Positions 9,417 to 18,328 of a stretch of 64,000 bases of DNA are shown here, piece by piece. A program made the position numbers and the translations under genes. The stretch's first letter is position 1, and every line of letters starts with the position of its first letter. This DNA is from Anaerovoracaceae bacterium (GTDB lineage Bacteria > Bacillota > Clostridia > Peptostreptococcales > Anaerovoracaceae): positions 5,825 through 69,824 of the forward strand of contig JBMNVA010000010.1 of NCBI GenBank assembly GCA_050946555.1, written 5' to 3'. Below the pieces are notes generated by a model. The model ran no database searches and was not told where the DNA came from. It worked only from the letters and a program-made list of their open reading frames with translations.

Positions 9417-9519
9417 TTTATTTTTCCGTGTACGGGTCTTGATCGTTCCGATTATTTATCGTATACGGTTCTTGGTCGTCCCGATTATTTATCCGTGTAC
9501 GGGTTCTTGATGGTCCCGA
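9417..9519. repeat. three tandem ~34-bp copies of the 3' end of the downstream signal peptidase gene
   Basis: Copy 1, 9417-9451: tttatttttccgtgtacgggtcttgatcgttccga. Copy 2, 9452-9484: ttatttatcgtatacggttcttggtcgtcccga. Copy 3, 9485-9519: ttatttatccgtgtacgggttcttgatggtcccga. The last copy is the real stop codon plus the ...IGTIKNPYTDK codons. Confidence 0.85.
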
Positions 9520-10096
9520 TCTCGCTCAGCGGGAACAGCCGGAACACCGCTTTCCCGATGATCTTGTCCTTCGCGACGAGGCCGACGGAACTGTCGCGGC
9601 TGTCGCGGCTGACGATGCGGTTATCTCCCATACAGAAATAGTGTCCTTTTGTCACCTTCAGATTCGTGATCTCTCCGGTCGTCCATTTGTCGTTCGTATA
9701 AGACTGATCGTCCTTCTTGCCGTTGATGTAGACTTCTCCGCTCTTGATCGTGATCGTATCGCCCGGCACGCCGATCACACGCTTGATCAGGCGCTTCCCG
9801 TTGTCGATGTTCGACTTGAACACGATGACGTCGCCCTTCTGCGGATTATGCGTCTTATACGCGAGCTTATATACGAACACGTAGTTCCCGTCCTGGATGT
9901 TCGGGAGCATCGACGTCTCGCGGACGATCGTCGGGCGGATGACCGCCGTGATGGCGAGCGCGATGATCAGTGCGATCACGAACGCCTTCACCCAGTCCAG
10001 GACGATGCTCTTCATGGACGGTTCCTCCTTCGGGTTCTTTTTGTCCCCTGCCGGAGTCATTTCTCCGTGTTTCTCTTCATTCATCTGATTTTCCAT
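9485..10096 (-). CDS. lepB: signal peptidase I (second paralog)
   Basis: SMLPNI, GDVIVFKS, KRVIGVPGDTI and GDNRIVSRDSRD boxes, with an N-terminal TM segment. The start could also be the internal ATG at 10084. Confidence 0.9.
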   Translation of the reverse strand: MENQMNEEKHGEMTPAGDKKNPKEEPSMKSIVLDWVKAFVIALIIALAITAVIRPTIVRETSMLPNIQDGNYVFVYKLAYKTHNPQKGDVIVFKSNIDNGKRLIKRVIGVPGDTITIKSGEVYINGKKDDQSYTNDKWTTGEITNLKVTKGHYFCMGDNRIVSRDSRDSSVGLVAKDKIIGKAVFRLFPLSEIGTIKNPYTDK

Positions 10097-11105
10097 AGAG
10101 TCCCCTTTCTGCCGCCCGGAATCCGTCCGGGCCGAACAGCTCCCCCGCGATCTTCCGGAAGCGGGCCGGCACCTTCATGATGACGGTCTTCCCTTCCAGC
10201 CGCTGATAGTCCGGCGGCATGCCCTCGAAGACGAGCCGGTACGCGTGTAAAAGCTGTGTCGTGAGGCCGAATGTTTCGCTGACAAAACGAACCTCGGCCG
10301 GATCACCGTATTTGCTGTCGCCGATGACGGGATAGCCCGCCGCCTGTGCCTGCGCCCGGATCTGATGCGTCCTCCCGGTCGTGATCTCGACCTCTGCGAG
10401 GGTCCAGTCGTACGGACCGTAGTGTTTCGTCAAAAGCGGACGGATGCGGGTCAGCATCATCCTGCCCTCGCCATCCTCCCGGACGACCCGGGTCCGGTTG
10501 TGCGCCTCGTCCTTTTCCATGCGGCCGCGGAGCATCAGCTCGTGATTGAGCCGCCCCATCAGGATCGTCAGATAGTACTTCCGGATCCCGCGGTTCTCAC
10601 GGATCAGTTCGTTGAAGCACTGGAGCGCCGGGTAGTTTCTGCAGAAGATCACAAGGCCGCTCGTGTTGCGGTCCAGGCGGTTCACCGGCGCCGGGACGAA
10701 CGTTTTCTCCGCGCGCGGATCGTACCCGCCGGTCTCGATCAGGTAGTCGATGACCTGGTTCGTCAGGTGGTTCCGCTTCTCGCGCCCGTCGCCGTGCGTC
10801 AGAAGTCCTGCCGGCTTCCCGGCGATCAGGATGTCGTCGTCCTCGTAGCAGACCTGAAACGTCCGGCGTACGCGGTGATGTTCTTTCTGTTTTCGGAAAT
10901 CGCTGAGCTCGGCGTCGCTCAGGTACAGGCTGAGTGTGTCCCCTTCCTCGAGCACATACTCGCCGCCCTTCCTTTTTCCATTGACCTTCACGTCTTTCCG
11001 GAGGGTGCGGTACACCCGGCTGAGCGGTGCGCCCGGGAGATATTTCCGAAGGAATTTATCCAGACGCTGCCCCTGCTCATTCTTTCCGATTTCAATCTGA
11101 ATCAT
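10077..11105 (-). CDS. RluA family pseudouridine synthase with S4 domain
   Basis: Start chosen at MIQIEIGKNEQGQRLDKFL. S4-like N-terminus, HRLDRNTSGL-type motif (NRLDRNTSGLVIF) and GRTHQIRAQ motif. Confidence 0.85.
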   Translation of the reverse strand: MIQIEIGKNEQGQRLDKFLRKYLPGAPLSRVYRTLRKDVKVNGKRKGGEYVLEEGDTLSLYLSDAELSDFRKQKEHHRVRRTFQVCYEDDDILIAGKPAGLLTHGDGREKRNHLTNQVIDYLIETGGYDPRAEKTFVPAPVNRLDRNTSGLVIFCRNYPALQCFNELIRENRGIRKYYLTILMGRLNHELMLRGRMEKDEAHNRTRVVREDGEGRMMLTRIRPLLTKHYGPYDWTLAEVEITTGRTHQIRAQAQAAGYPVIGDSKYGDPAEVRFVSETFGLTTQLLHAYRLVFEGMPPDYQRLEGKTVIMKVPARFRKIAGELFGPDGFRAAERGLYGKSDE

Positions 11106-11206
11106 AGCCTTTCTATTATACAACACGCCCGTAGCCAAATCAAAAAATTTGTCCTTTCCCCCAAAGTATGTTAGAATAGCACCGATTCCATTCAAAGGAG
11201 AGAAAT

Positions 11207-11686
11207 ATGAAAAAACGCGGATTCCGAGATTTTTACTACGATAATAACGATATTTTTTTAGTCATCCTCATCCTGCTGATCGCGGCCGGCGTCATCGCAT
11301 GGCGGGTCCAGATCATCATGTCCTATCCGGACACGCTCGTCTCCGGTTCCAAGGCGACTTCGCAGAGCGAAGCGATCGCGGGAGGAAACAAGGCGGTGCA
11401 GGACAGCAGCTCGTCCAGTGCCAAAACGACGACGGACGAAAAGGTGACGACGGCCAAATGGGACGGCAGCAAACTCGCAGAGGACATCAAGGTCGAAGTC
11501 GCGGACGGCACGGCGACGGCTTCGGTCGAAAGCCTGGTCCAGGCAAAGATCTTCGACAATTACGACGAGTACAAGAAGCTGTGCAGCTCGCTGAACATCG
11601 ATCCGACGTCGATCAACGCCGGGACGTACACCTTTGACAAAGGGATGACAAAAAAAGACATCGTAAAGGAAGTCACAAAGAAGTAG
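11207..11686 (+). CDS. hypothetical membrane-anchored protein (C-terminal part resembles the YceG/MltG N-terminal fold)
   Basis: AGGAG RBS 6 nt upstream. One TM segment (IFLVILILLIAAGVIAW), a Ser/Thr-rich linker, then LVQAKIFDNYDEYKKL...INAGTYTFDKGMTKKDIV. The family assignment is tentative. Confidence 0.6.
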   Translation: MKKRGFRDFYYDNNDIFLVILILLIAAGVIAWRVQIIMSYPDTLVSGSKATSQSEAIAGGNKAVQDSSSSSAKTTTDEKVTTAKWDGSKLAEDIKVEVADGTATASVESLVQAKIFDNYDEYKKLCSSLNIDPTSINAGTYTFDKGMTKKDIVKEVTKK

Positions 11687-11729
11687 CCGGGCGCCAGGCG
11701 CTCTCAGCAGCTTCACAACTCAGCAGTTC

Positions 11730-11762
11730 CGCTTTCCGGAGATTTCCGGAAAGCGATTTTTT
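11730..11762 (+). terminator. intrinsic terminator
   Basis: cgctttccgga-gatt-tccggaaagcg followed by attttttat. Confidence 0.75.
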
Positions 11763-11938
11763 ATGCTTCGATCATTTCCGGCCTCTTCTAACTTATCCCT
11801 TTTTCTAACATTTACTTGCAAATATACAGAATAGCGTTTACAATGTTTAATATACATAATACAAACATGCACATTGGACAAAACTATCACTTATGCGATT
11901 TAATATTTTAAATGAACTTTTGTGAAAGGGGCCTGATA

Positions 11939-12592
11939 ATGAAAGGACGTGTCACACAAACCGATATCGTTTACAACTATGTCACCCAGAAGATCTCTGC
12001 CGGCGAGCTCCATCCGGATCAGAAGATCAACGAGGTGGAGATCTGCAACGACCTGGACGTCAGCCGCACGCCGGTCCGGGAAGCGCTGATCATCCTGTCC
12101 AGCGAGGGGATCCTGAAGCGCAGCATGCACAAGGGGTTCAGCGTGAACCCGCTGACGGAGAAATCCGCGGAAGAGCTGTACACCATCATGGGTGCCCTCG
12201 ACGGTCTCGCGGCCAGCCTCGCCTGCGACAACATAACGGAGAGCACGCTGGAGGAGATGGACTTCACGACGCAGGTCATCGACCTCGCGCTGAAGAACCG
12301 GAACGAGAAGATGTACTACAAAGAGCAGGAGCGGTTCCACGACTACTATATCGATCTCTGCGGCAACGACATGCTGGCGGATATGATCCACAGCCTGCGC
12401 CGCAAGCTGGTGAAACGGCGCTATGACATGGATACGGAGGACATGTGGTATCAGGTGATGAGCCGGACAAATGAGGATCACAAGGAGATGCTGACCCTGT
12501 TCCGGAACCACGACAAGCAGGGGCTCCGCGATCTTCTGGAGAACCGGCACTGGCTGTCTTCCAAGGCGATCTGGGAATCCTTCTGTAATTAG
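11939..12592 (+). CDS. GntR family transcriptional regulator (FCD-type C-terminal domain)
   Basis: ELHPDQKINEVEICNDLDVSRTPVREAL is a GntR winged-helix-turn-helix. Start chosen at MKGRV (aaagggg RBS); the ORF track start is 11912. Confidence 0.85.
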   Translation: MKGRVTQTDIVYNYVTQKISAGELHPDQKINEVEICNDLDVSRTPVREALIILSSEGILKRSMHKGFSVNPLTEKSAEELYTIMGALDGLAASLACDNITESTLEEMDFTTQVIDLALKNRNEKMYYKEQERFHDYYIDLCGNDMLADMIHSLRRKLVKRRYDMDTEDMWYQVMSRTNEDHKEMLTLFRNHDKQGLRDLLENRHWLSSKAIWESFCN

Positions 12593-12595
12593 AGC

Positions 12596-12630
12596 GTTCG
12601 CCCGGGCAGCGGGACCGGCGAACTGTTTTT
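12596..12630 (+). terminator. intrinsic terminator after the GntR gene
   Basis: gttcgcc-N14-ggcgaac followed by tgttttt. Confidence 0.7.
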
Positions 12631-12668
12631 AGTCTGCAAATTCAAAAAAATCATTCAAACGATTTCAG

Positions 12669-12704
12669 GGCTGCCGGGGCGGATCCGGCGGCCTTTCTCT
12701 TTTT
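12669..12704 (+). terminator. second terminator-like hairpin
   Basis: ggctgccgg-ggcggat-ccggcggcc followed by tttctcttttt, about 40 nt after the first terminator. Confidence 0.5.
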
Positions 12705-12823
12705 GTCGCTCATCTATAAGGCTTGAAATTTCAACAATTTTATCCCATAATGGAAGGAGCCGGGAAGCTGTTTGATTTTTCTATCATAGTCGATTCCGGA
12801 GAGAAATTACATAAAAATTTAGA

Positions 12824-12851
12824 TTGACACGGGAATATTTATAATTATAAT
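12824..12851 (+). promoter_or_regulatory. sigma-A type promoter for the symporter/M20 peptidase genes
   Basis: TTGACA (12824-12829), a 16-nt spacer, then TATAAT (12846-12851), in an AT-rich region about 200 nt upstream of the CDS. Confidence 0.5.
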
Positions 12852-13054
12852 ATGGGTATAAGCATATTGTATATTTTTTGCCAATCTTAATACTGTATTA
12901 TGGTAAAAATTCACGGAGACGGTTCTTCTGCCAAAAAACATAAGTATTTATTTATACGTCACGCCGCCGGAATTTTTCCTTCTACGTACTAACATCCATT
13001 CAATATCCAATATGTTTACGGTATGGTTCCATATTTTATGAAAGGAGAATGGAA

Positions 13055-14503
13055 ATGGCTGTAATTCAAGCAATTACCAATCCGATGATTGCGTTCGCCA
13101 ACTGGTTCTGGGGCATCCCTATCCTGATCCTGATCGGCGGCGGCGGTCTGTTCATGTGTATCTATCTCGGATTCCCGCAGCTCCGCCACGCGCATTACAT
13201 CAACGGACAGACGTTCGGAAAAATGTTCGGCAAGTCGGACACGACAGAGGGGACGGTCTCCCCGTTCGCGGCGGCCTGCACGGCGCTCGCTTCTTCGATC
13301 GGAGCATCCAACATCGTCGGCGTCCCGGTCGCGATCGCACTCGGAGGGCCGGGAGCGGTCTTCTGGATCTGGATCCTCGCGATCATCGGCATGTGCACCA
13401 AGTACGTCGAAGTTACGCTCGGTATCAAGTACAGAGAGAAGAACGAAGTCGGCGAAATGGTCGGCGGACCTTACTACTACTGCAGAAAAGGTCTCGGTGA
13501 GCTCGGCGAAGGCTGGAAAAAGGTCGGCGCTTTCTTCGGGATCTGGTACGCGTTCTTCCTGATGATCGAGCTGTTCCCGTCCATCGCGTCGCAGTCTGCT
13601 TCCGCAACGAGCCAGTTCGTCGTCTTCGGTATCGATGAAAAGATCGTCGCGGTCATCGTCGCGGTCATCGTCGCAATCGTCTGCATCGGCGGCGTCAAGA
13701 GAATCGCGAGCGTCTGCGACAAGCTCGTACCGTTCATGGCGCTGATCTATCTTATCGGCGGCATCATCCTGATCCTGATGAACATCACGAACGTTCCGGC
13801 GGCGATCGCCATGATCTTCGCGGACGCGTTCAAAGGCCACGCGGCAGTCGGCGGTTTCGCCGGCGCAGGTGCAGCAATGGCGATCCGCTGGGGCGCTGCA
13901 AGAGGCGTTTACTCCAACGAAGCCGGTATGGGTACTGCTCCGCAGGGCCATGCTGCTGCAAACGTTGACCACCCGATCCGTCAGGGAATGTGGGGCGTGT
14001 TCGAAGTCATGGTCGATACGATCATCGTCTGCACGATCACCGCGCTCGCTGTCCTCGTGACCGGCGCATGGACGACCGAGAACGCTTCCACGACCGCATC
14101 CGGCTCCCTCGCTCAGAGAGCGTACGCATCGGCATTCGGCTCGGGATTCGCGAACGTGTTCATCGCGATCTGCGTCTTCCTGTTCGTACTCTCCACGATC
14201 ATCGTCATCACGTTCTACGGTCAGAGACAGTCCGAATTCCTCTTCGGAGTCAAGTTCTCCAAGATCTGGGTCTGGGTCTACATCGTCGCGATCATCGTCG
14301 GCGGCATGGGCATCCAGCTCGGAACACTCTACTCGCTGACCGACTTCTTCCTGGGGATCATCGTTATCCCGAACATGATCACGATCATCATTCTGGTCCC
14401 GCAGGTAAAGAAACTGCAAACCGAATTCTTCCACACGCCGGGCAAGTATTATCTCGCCGATGTGGAAGAAAAGAAGGCGAAAAAAGCCGCAAAGGCAAAA
14501 TAA
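13055..14503 (+). CDS. sodium:alanine (alanine/glycine:cation) symporter family protein
   Basis: Polytopic protein with AGCS family motifs (GGPGAVFWIWILAIIGM, RGVYSNEAGMGTAP). The ATG at 13055 has better spacing from the AGGAG at 13043 than the track start at 13049. Confidence 0.9.
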   Translation: MAVIQAITNPMIAFANWFWGIPILILIGGGGLFMCIYLGFPQLRHAHYINGQTFGKMFGKSDTTEGTVSPFAAACTALASSIGASNIVGVPVAIALGGPGAVFWIWILAIIGMCTKYVEVTLGIKYREKNEVGEMVGGPYYYCRKGLGELGEGWKKVGAFFGIWYAFFLMIELFPSIASQSASATSQFVVFGIDEKIVAVIVAVIVAIVCIGGVKRIASVCDKLVPFMALIYLIGGIILILMNITNVPAAIAMIFADAFKGHAAVGGFAGAGAAMAIRWGAARGVYSNEAGMGTAPQGHAAANVDHPIRQGMWGVFEVMVDTIIVCTITALAVLVTGAWTTENASTTASGSLAQRAYASAFGSGFANVFIAICVFLFVLSTIIVITFYGQRQSEFLFGVKFSKIWVWVYIVAIIVGGMGIQLGTLYSLTDFFLGIIVIPNMITIIILVPQVKKLQTEFFHTPGKYYLADVEEKKAKKAAKAK

Positions 14504-14634
14504 CGAAAAGACCATCCGCTGCCGGTAATCGAATGATACTAGCTGCATGATTCTTTTGTCCGGTATGCTCATCAAGGCATACCGGATTTTTTTCACAGCG
14601 GCTGCCGGCAAAGATTTCAAAAGGAGAATGGATC

Positions 14635-16287
14635 ATGACACAGAAAATTTCCCAGGAGCACATCCTGGACACGCTGAAAGGCCTTGTCGCCTGCGAAAGC
14701 GTCAGCTGCACAGAAAAGGAAGTCACCGCGGAGCAGTTCGTGTACGACTTCCTGAAGAACATCCCGTATTTCCAGAAGCACCCGGATCAGTTCGGACTTT
14801 ACAAGATCCCGGACGATCCGTTCGGCCGCATGATCCCGTACGCCGTTGTCCTCGGGAAAAAGAAGGACACGGTCATCCTGTCCGGCCACACAGACGTCGT
14901 CAACACGGAAGTCTACGGCGAAGCGGAGCCCCTCGCCTACACACTGGGCGACGAGCTGGAACAGAAGCTTGCCTCGATGGCCCTGAACGATGTCCAGAGA
15001 GCGGACATGGAGTCCGGCGAATGGATCTGGGGCCGCGGCGCGGCGGACATGAAGGGCGGCGTCACGCTCAACATGTGCCTGACCGAGATGTACGCGGATC
15101 TGGCGGACAAAGGGGAACTGGAAGGTTCGATCTTCTTTGACGCGGTACCGGACGAAGAATCCTACTCCGCCGGCATGCGCGCGATCCTGCCGGTCCTGCT
15201 GGAGACAAAGGAAAAATACGATCTGGATTTCAAGCTCCTGATCTGCCCGGAACCGGCCGCGGAGGAAGGCCCGAAACAGGTCCTCTCGCTCGGTTCCGCC
15301 GGGAAAGTCATGCCGGTCTTCCTGACCCAGGGCGTCCTCGCACACGCGGGCCACGTCTACAACGGCATTTCCGCCCTGAACATGCTGGCGAACCTTTATC
15401 AGAAGACGGCAGGTTCGCTCGATTTTGTCGATACGTACGACGGAGAATCCACGATGCCTCCGTGCTGGCTGAACATGCGGGACACGAAGGACCTGTACGA
15501 CGTTTCCCTCCCGTACCGTGCGTACGGCGTCATGAGCCTCCTGAGCTTTGACACCACGCTGGAGCAGTTCCTGGCCAAGCTGAAAAAACTGGCGGAGCAG
15601 GCGTTCACGGAAGAGGTCACGAAGCTGAACGACCAGTACCAGGAATTCAAGAAGAACAACCGCTTCGAGCGGAAGGAAAAGATCGACTACCCGACCTGCG
15701 TGTACACGGTCGAAGAGCTGCAGTCGAAGCTCCGCGCGGAGGATGCCGCGAAATTCGACGCGTTCTTTAAGAAGATCTACGATCAGGCCGCGGACATGAT
15801 CTCCGCCGGAAAGAGCTTCCCGGACGCGACGGTCTACATGATGAACCAGCTCCTGGACTACGCGGACATCAAGAACCCGGTCATCCTGATCGGCGTCGCG
15901 CCGCCGTACTATCCGGCGACCCACAGCGACATGCTGGAAGGAAAGAAGGGCTTCGGAACAAAAGTCTACGAGCATCTGAAAAAGATCTCGGAGGAGCAGT
16001 ACGGCCAGGAGCTGACGTACGAGAACTACTTCACCGGGATCTCCGACAACAGCTACACGTCCGTCCCGGACATCGATTTTGACTCGCTCGTCAAAAACTA
16101 CCCGATGTGGGGCCGGATCTATGATCTGGACTTCGACGCGATCCGCGGGGTCAATGTCCCGTCGATCCTGTACGGACCGATCGGCCGCGAGTACCACCAG
16201 TGGACAGAGCGCGTGAACAAGCACAGCCTGCTGGAGGTCATGCCGGCGATGATGCAGGAAGCCGTCGAATTCGCCTGGAAGGAATGA
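14635..16287 (+). CDS. M20 family metallopeptidase, RocB-like
   Basis: 550 aa. GHTDVVNT, WGRGAADMKGG and DEESYSAGMR metal-ligand motifs. The length and N-terminus resemble arginine-utilisation protein RocB. Confidence 0.8.
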   Translation: MTQKISQEHILDTLKGLVACESVSCTEKEVTAEQFVYDFLKNIPYFQKHPDQFGLYKIPDDPFGRMIPYAVVLGKKKDTVILSGHTDVVNTEVYGEAEPLAYTLGDELEQKLASMALNDVQRADMESGEWIWGRGAADMKGGVTLNMCLTEMYADLADKGELEGSIFFDAVPDEESYSAGMRAILPVLLETKEKYDLDFKLLICPEPAAEEGPKQVLSLGSAGKVMPVFLTQGVLAHAGHVYNGISALNMLANLYQKTAGSLDFVDTYDGESTMPPCWLNMRDTKDLYDVSLPYRAYGVMSLLSFDTTLEQFLAKLKKLAEQAFTEEVTKLNDQYQEFKKNNRFERKEKIDYPTCVYTVEELQSKLRAEDAAKFDAFFKKIYDQAADMISAGKSFPDATVYMMNQLLDYADIKNPVILIGVAPPYYPATHSDMLEGKKGFGTKVYEHLKKISEEQYGQELTYENYFTGISDNSYTSVPDIDFDSLVKNYPMWGRIYDLDFDAIRGVNVPSILYGPIGREYHQWTERVNKHSLLEVMPAMMQEAVEFAWKE

Positions 16288-16289
16288 TC

Positions 16290-16337
16290 GCTGCTTTCCA
16301 ATGTAACAGAAAAGCTGCTTTCCAATGTAACAGAAAA
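16290..16337. repeat. perfect 24-bp tandem duplication
   Basis: gctgctttccaatgtaacagaaaa occurs twice (16290-16313 and 16314-16337), directly after the stop codon. Confidence 0.9.
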
Positions 16338-16338
16338 G

Positions 16339-16376
16339 CCGGTGCGCGCCGCATGAGCGGCAGCGTGCCGGTTTTT
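16339..16376 (+). terminator. intrinsic terminator (possibly bidirectional)
   Basis: ccggtgcgcgccgc-atga-gcggcagcgtgccgg is flanked by aaaa on the 5' side and ttttt on the 3' side. It lies between convergent genes. Confidence 0.6.
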
Positions 16377-16404
16377 CGATCCTCCGCTGCTTTCACTTTT
16401 TCCC

Positions 16405-16668
16405 CTACGCGCTTTCTTTTTCCTTCTCATACGCGAGCCGCACGGCGCGGGCGAGCTGGTCCGCGCAGGACGTGTCCTTCCATCCGCACGTGATCCCTTT
16501 GAGCTTATCTTCGATCTCCTCCACGGTCATCCCGTCGACGAGGATCGGGATCGCCTTCAGATTGCCGTCGCAGCCGCCCTGATAGACGACGTTCGTCACG
16601 ACATCGCCGTTCAGATCGAACGCGATCTGCGTCGAACAAGTCCCCTGTGTATTGTAAACGTATCTCAT
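16405..16668 (-). CDS. TSCPD domain-containing small protein (TIGR03905-like)
   Basis: 87 aa. GTCSTQIAFDLNGDVV..V.YQGGCDGNLKAI..LVDGM.VEEI..KLKGI.CG.K.TSCADQLA matches the conserved 4-Cys family. Confidence 0.85.
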   Translation of the reverse strand: MRYVYNTQGTCSTQIAFDLNGDVVTNVVYQGGCDGNLKAIPILVDGMTVEEIEDKLKGITCGWKDTSCADQLARAVRLAYEKEKESA

Positions 16669-16799
16669 TTCCTACCTCTTTTCTGTCTAAAGAATTGTAT
16701 CCCGATGCGACAAGCGTGTCAAGCGGTTGAAAATCAAAGGGTTATAAAGTATAATATGCATGCGAATTATTACAAATGAACCATTCGGAGGCACATCCA

Positions 16800-18233
16800 A
16801 TGAATAAAAGAGAAAACCTGACTATGCTGACGGATTTTTATGAAATCACGATGGCAAACGGATATTTTGAGTCAGGGATGATCGACGAGATCGCGTATTT
16901 CGATATGTTCTTCCGGAAGATCCCGGATGACGGCGGCTACGCGATCATGGCGGGGGTCGAACAGGTCGTCGACTATCTGGATAACCTGGAATTCACCGAT
17001 GAGGACATCGAGTATCTTCGCAGCAAGAACAGCTTCAGCGAGGGATTCCTGGATTACCTGAAGCACTTCGAGTTTTCCTGTGACGTCTGGGCTGTACCGG
17101 AAGGCACACCGATCTTCCCGTATGAGCCGATCCTGACCGTCCGCGGTCCGGTCATCCAGGCGCAGTTCGTCGAAACGATGATCCTTCTCACCATCAACCA
17201 TGAGAGCCTGATCGCGACGAAGGCGTCCCGGATCGTCCGGGCAGCACAGGGGAGGCCGGTCATGGAATTCGGTTCCCGCCGGGCACACGGCGCGTCGGCG
17301 GCGATCGAGGGAGCCCGCGCGGCGTACATCGGCGGCTGCTGCGGCACGGCCTGCACGATCTCGGACTGCTACTATGGCATCCCGGCGCTCGGCACGATGG
17401 CGCACAGCTGGGTGCAGACATTTGAAGACGAATACGAAGCGTTCCGGCGCTATGCCGAGATCTATCCGGACAACTGCGTGCTGCTCGTCGACACCTACAA
17501 TGTCCTGAAGAGCGGCGTGCCGAACGCGATCCGGGTGTTCAAGGAGCTCAAGCCGAAAAAGATGGGCATCCGCATCGACAGCGGCGACATCGCCTATCTG
17601 ACGAAGCGCGCACGCAAGATGCTGGACGAAGCCGGCCTGGAGGACTGCACGATCACGATCTCGAACTCGCTCGATGAGTACCTGATCCGCGACATCATCC
17701 TTGAAGGCGCACAGATCGATTCCTTCGGCGTCGGCGAACGGCTGATCACGTCCGGCTCCTGGCCGGTGTTCGGCGGCGTCTACAAGATGGCCGCGCTGGA
17801 GAAAGACGGCGAGATCATCCCGAAGATCAAGATCTCCGAGAACATCGGCAAGATCACGAACCCGGGCTTCAAGAGCGTCTACCGCCTGTACGACAAGGAC
17901 AGCGACAAAGCGCTCGCCGATGTCATCACCCTGAATGACGAGATCGTCCCGGAAGTCGATTCCTATCAGATCTTCGATCCGAACGCGGTGTGGAAAAAGA
18001 AAAAGCTGACGAACTACTACGTCCGCGACATCCGCGTCCAGCTGTTCAAGGGCGGCAAAAAAGTCTATGACTGCCCGCCGATCGAAGAGGTCAAAACGTA
18101 CTGTCAGGAACAGCTCGAAACGCTGTGGGAAGAGACGCTGCGGTTCGAAAACCCGCAGACCTATTACGTCGATCTCTCCCCTCGCCTGTGGAAGGTCAAG
18201 AACGATCTGATCGAGGAGCATTCGGGCAAATAA
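16800..18233 (+). CDS. pncB: nicotinate phosphoribosyltransferase
   Basis: LTMLTDFYEITMANGYF, EFGSRRAHG and GTMAHSWVQ motifs. Start at MNKREN with a GGAGG 8 nt upstream. Confidence 0.92.
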   Translation: MNKRENLTMLTDFYEITMANGYFESGMIDEIAYFDMFFRKIPDDGGYAIMAGVEQVVDYLDNLEFTDEDIEYLRSKNSFSEGFLDYLKHFEFSCDVWAVPEGTPIFPYEPILTVRGPVIQAQFVETMILLTINHESLIATKASRIVRAAQGRPVMEFGSRRAHGASAAIEGARAAYIGGCCGTACTISDCYYGIPALGTMAHSWVQTFEDEYEAFRRYAEIYPDNCVLLVDTYNVLKSGVPNAIRVFKELKPKKMGIRIDSGDIAYLTKRARKMLDEAGLEDCTITISNSLDEYLIRDIILEGAQIDSFGVGERLITSGSWPVFGGVYKMAALEKDGEIIPKIKISENIGKITNPGFKSVYRLYDKDSDKALADVITLNDEIVPEVDSYQIFDPNAVWKKKKLTNYYVRDIRVQLFKGGKKVYDCPPIEEVKTYCQEQLETLWEETLRFENPQTYYVDLSPRLWKVKNDLIEEHSGK

Positions 18234-18252
18234 ACATCTAAGAACATGCACG

Positions 18253-18279
18253 CAGCCGGAGGGCAGGACCCTCCGGCTG
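18253..18279. terminator. hairpin between convergent pncB and uvrA
   Basis: cagccggaggg-cagga-ccctccggctg. The T-tract is weak on both sides. Confidence 0.5.
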
Positions 18280-18328
18280 TTGTTATCCTGTGAAACCCGG
18301 CGCGTTGATTCGGCGCCGGCGTTTCTTT

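Noticed and set aside
12631-13054. Possible glycine riboswitch or T-box in the 420-bp AT-rich region upstream of the alanine/glycine symporter
   Set aside because: GGAGAG-like strings occur (ccggagagaaatt, cacggagacgg). However, none of the paired conserved elements (CCGAAGGGGCAA, CTCAGGCAAAAGGAC, the T-box AGAGA/GGUGNRA) are present. I can support only a promoter and two upstream terminators.
13016-16224. Two ~535-aa minus-strand ORFs (13016-14620 and 14617-16224)
   Set aside because: They lie antisense to the alanine/glycine symporter and the M20 peptidase. Their composition is dominated by D/R/E/V runs. The sense genes carry family motifs and good RBSs. The same reasoning applies to 16872-18395 (antisense to pncB), 18290-19315 and 19358-21397 (antisense to uvrA), and 24712-25881 (antisense to the NSS transporter).
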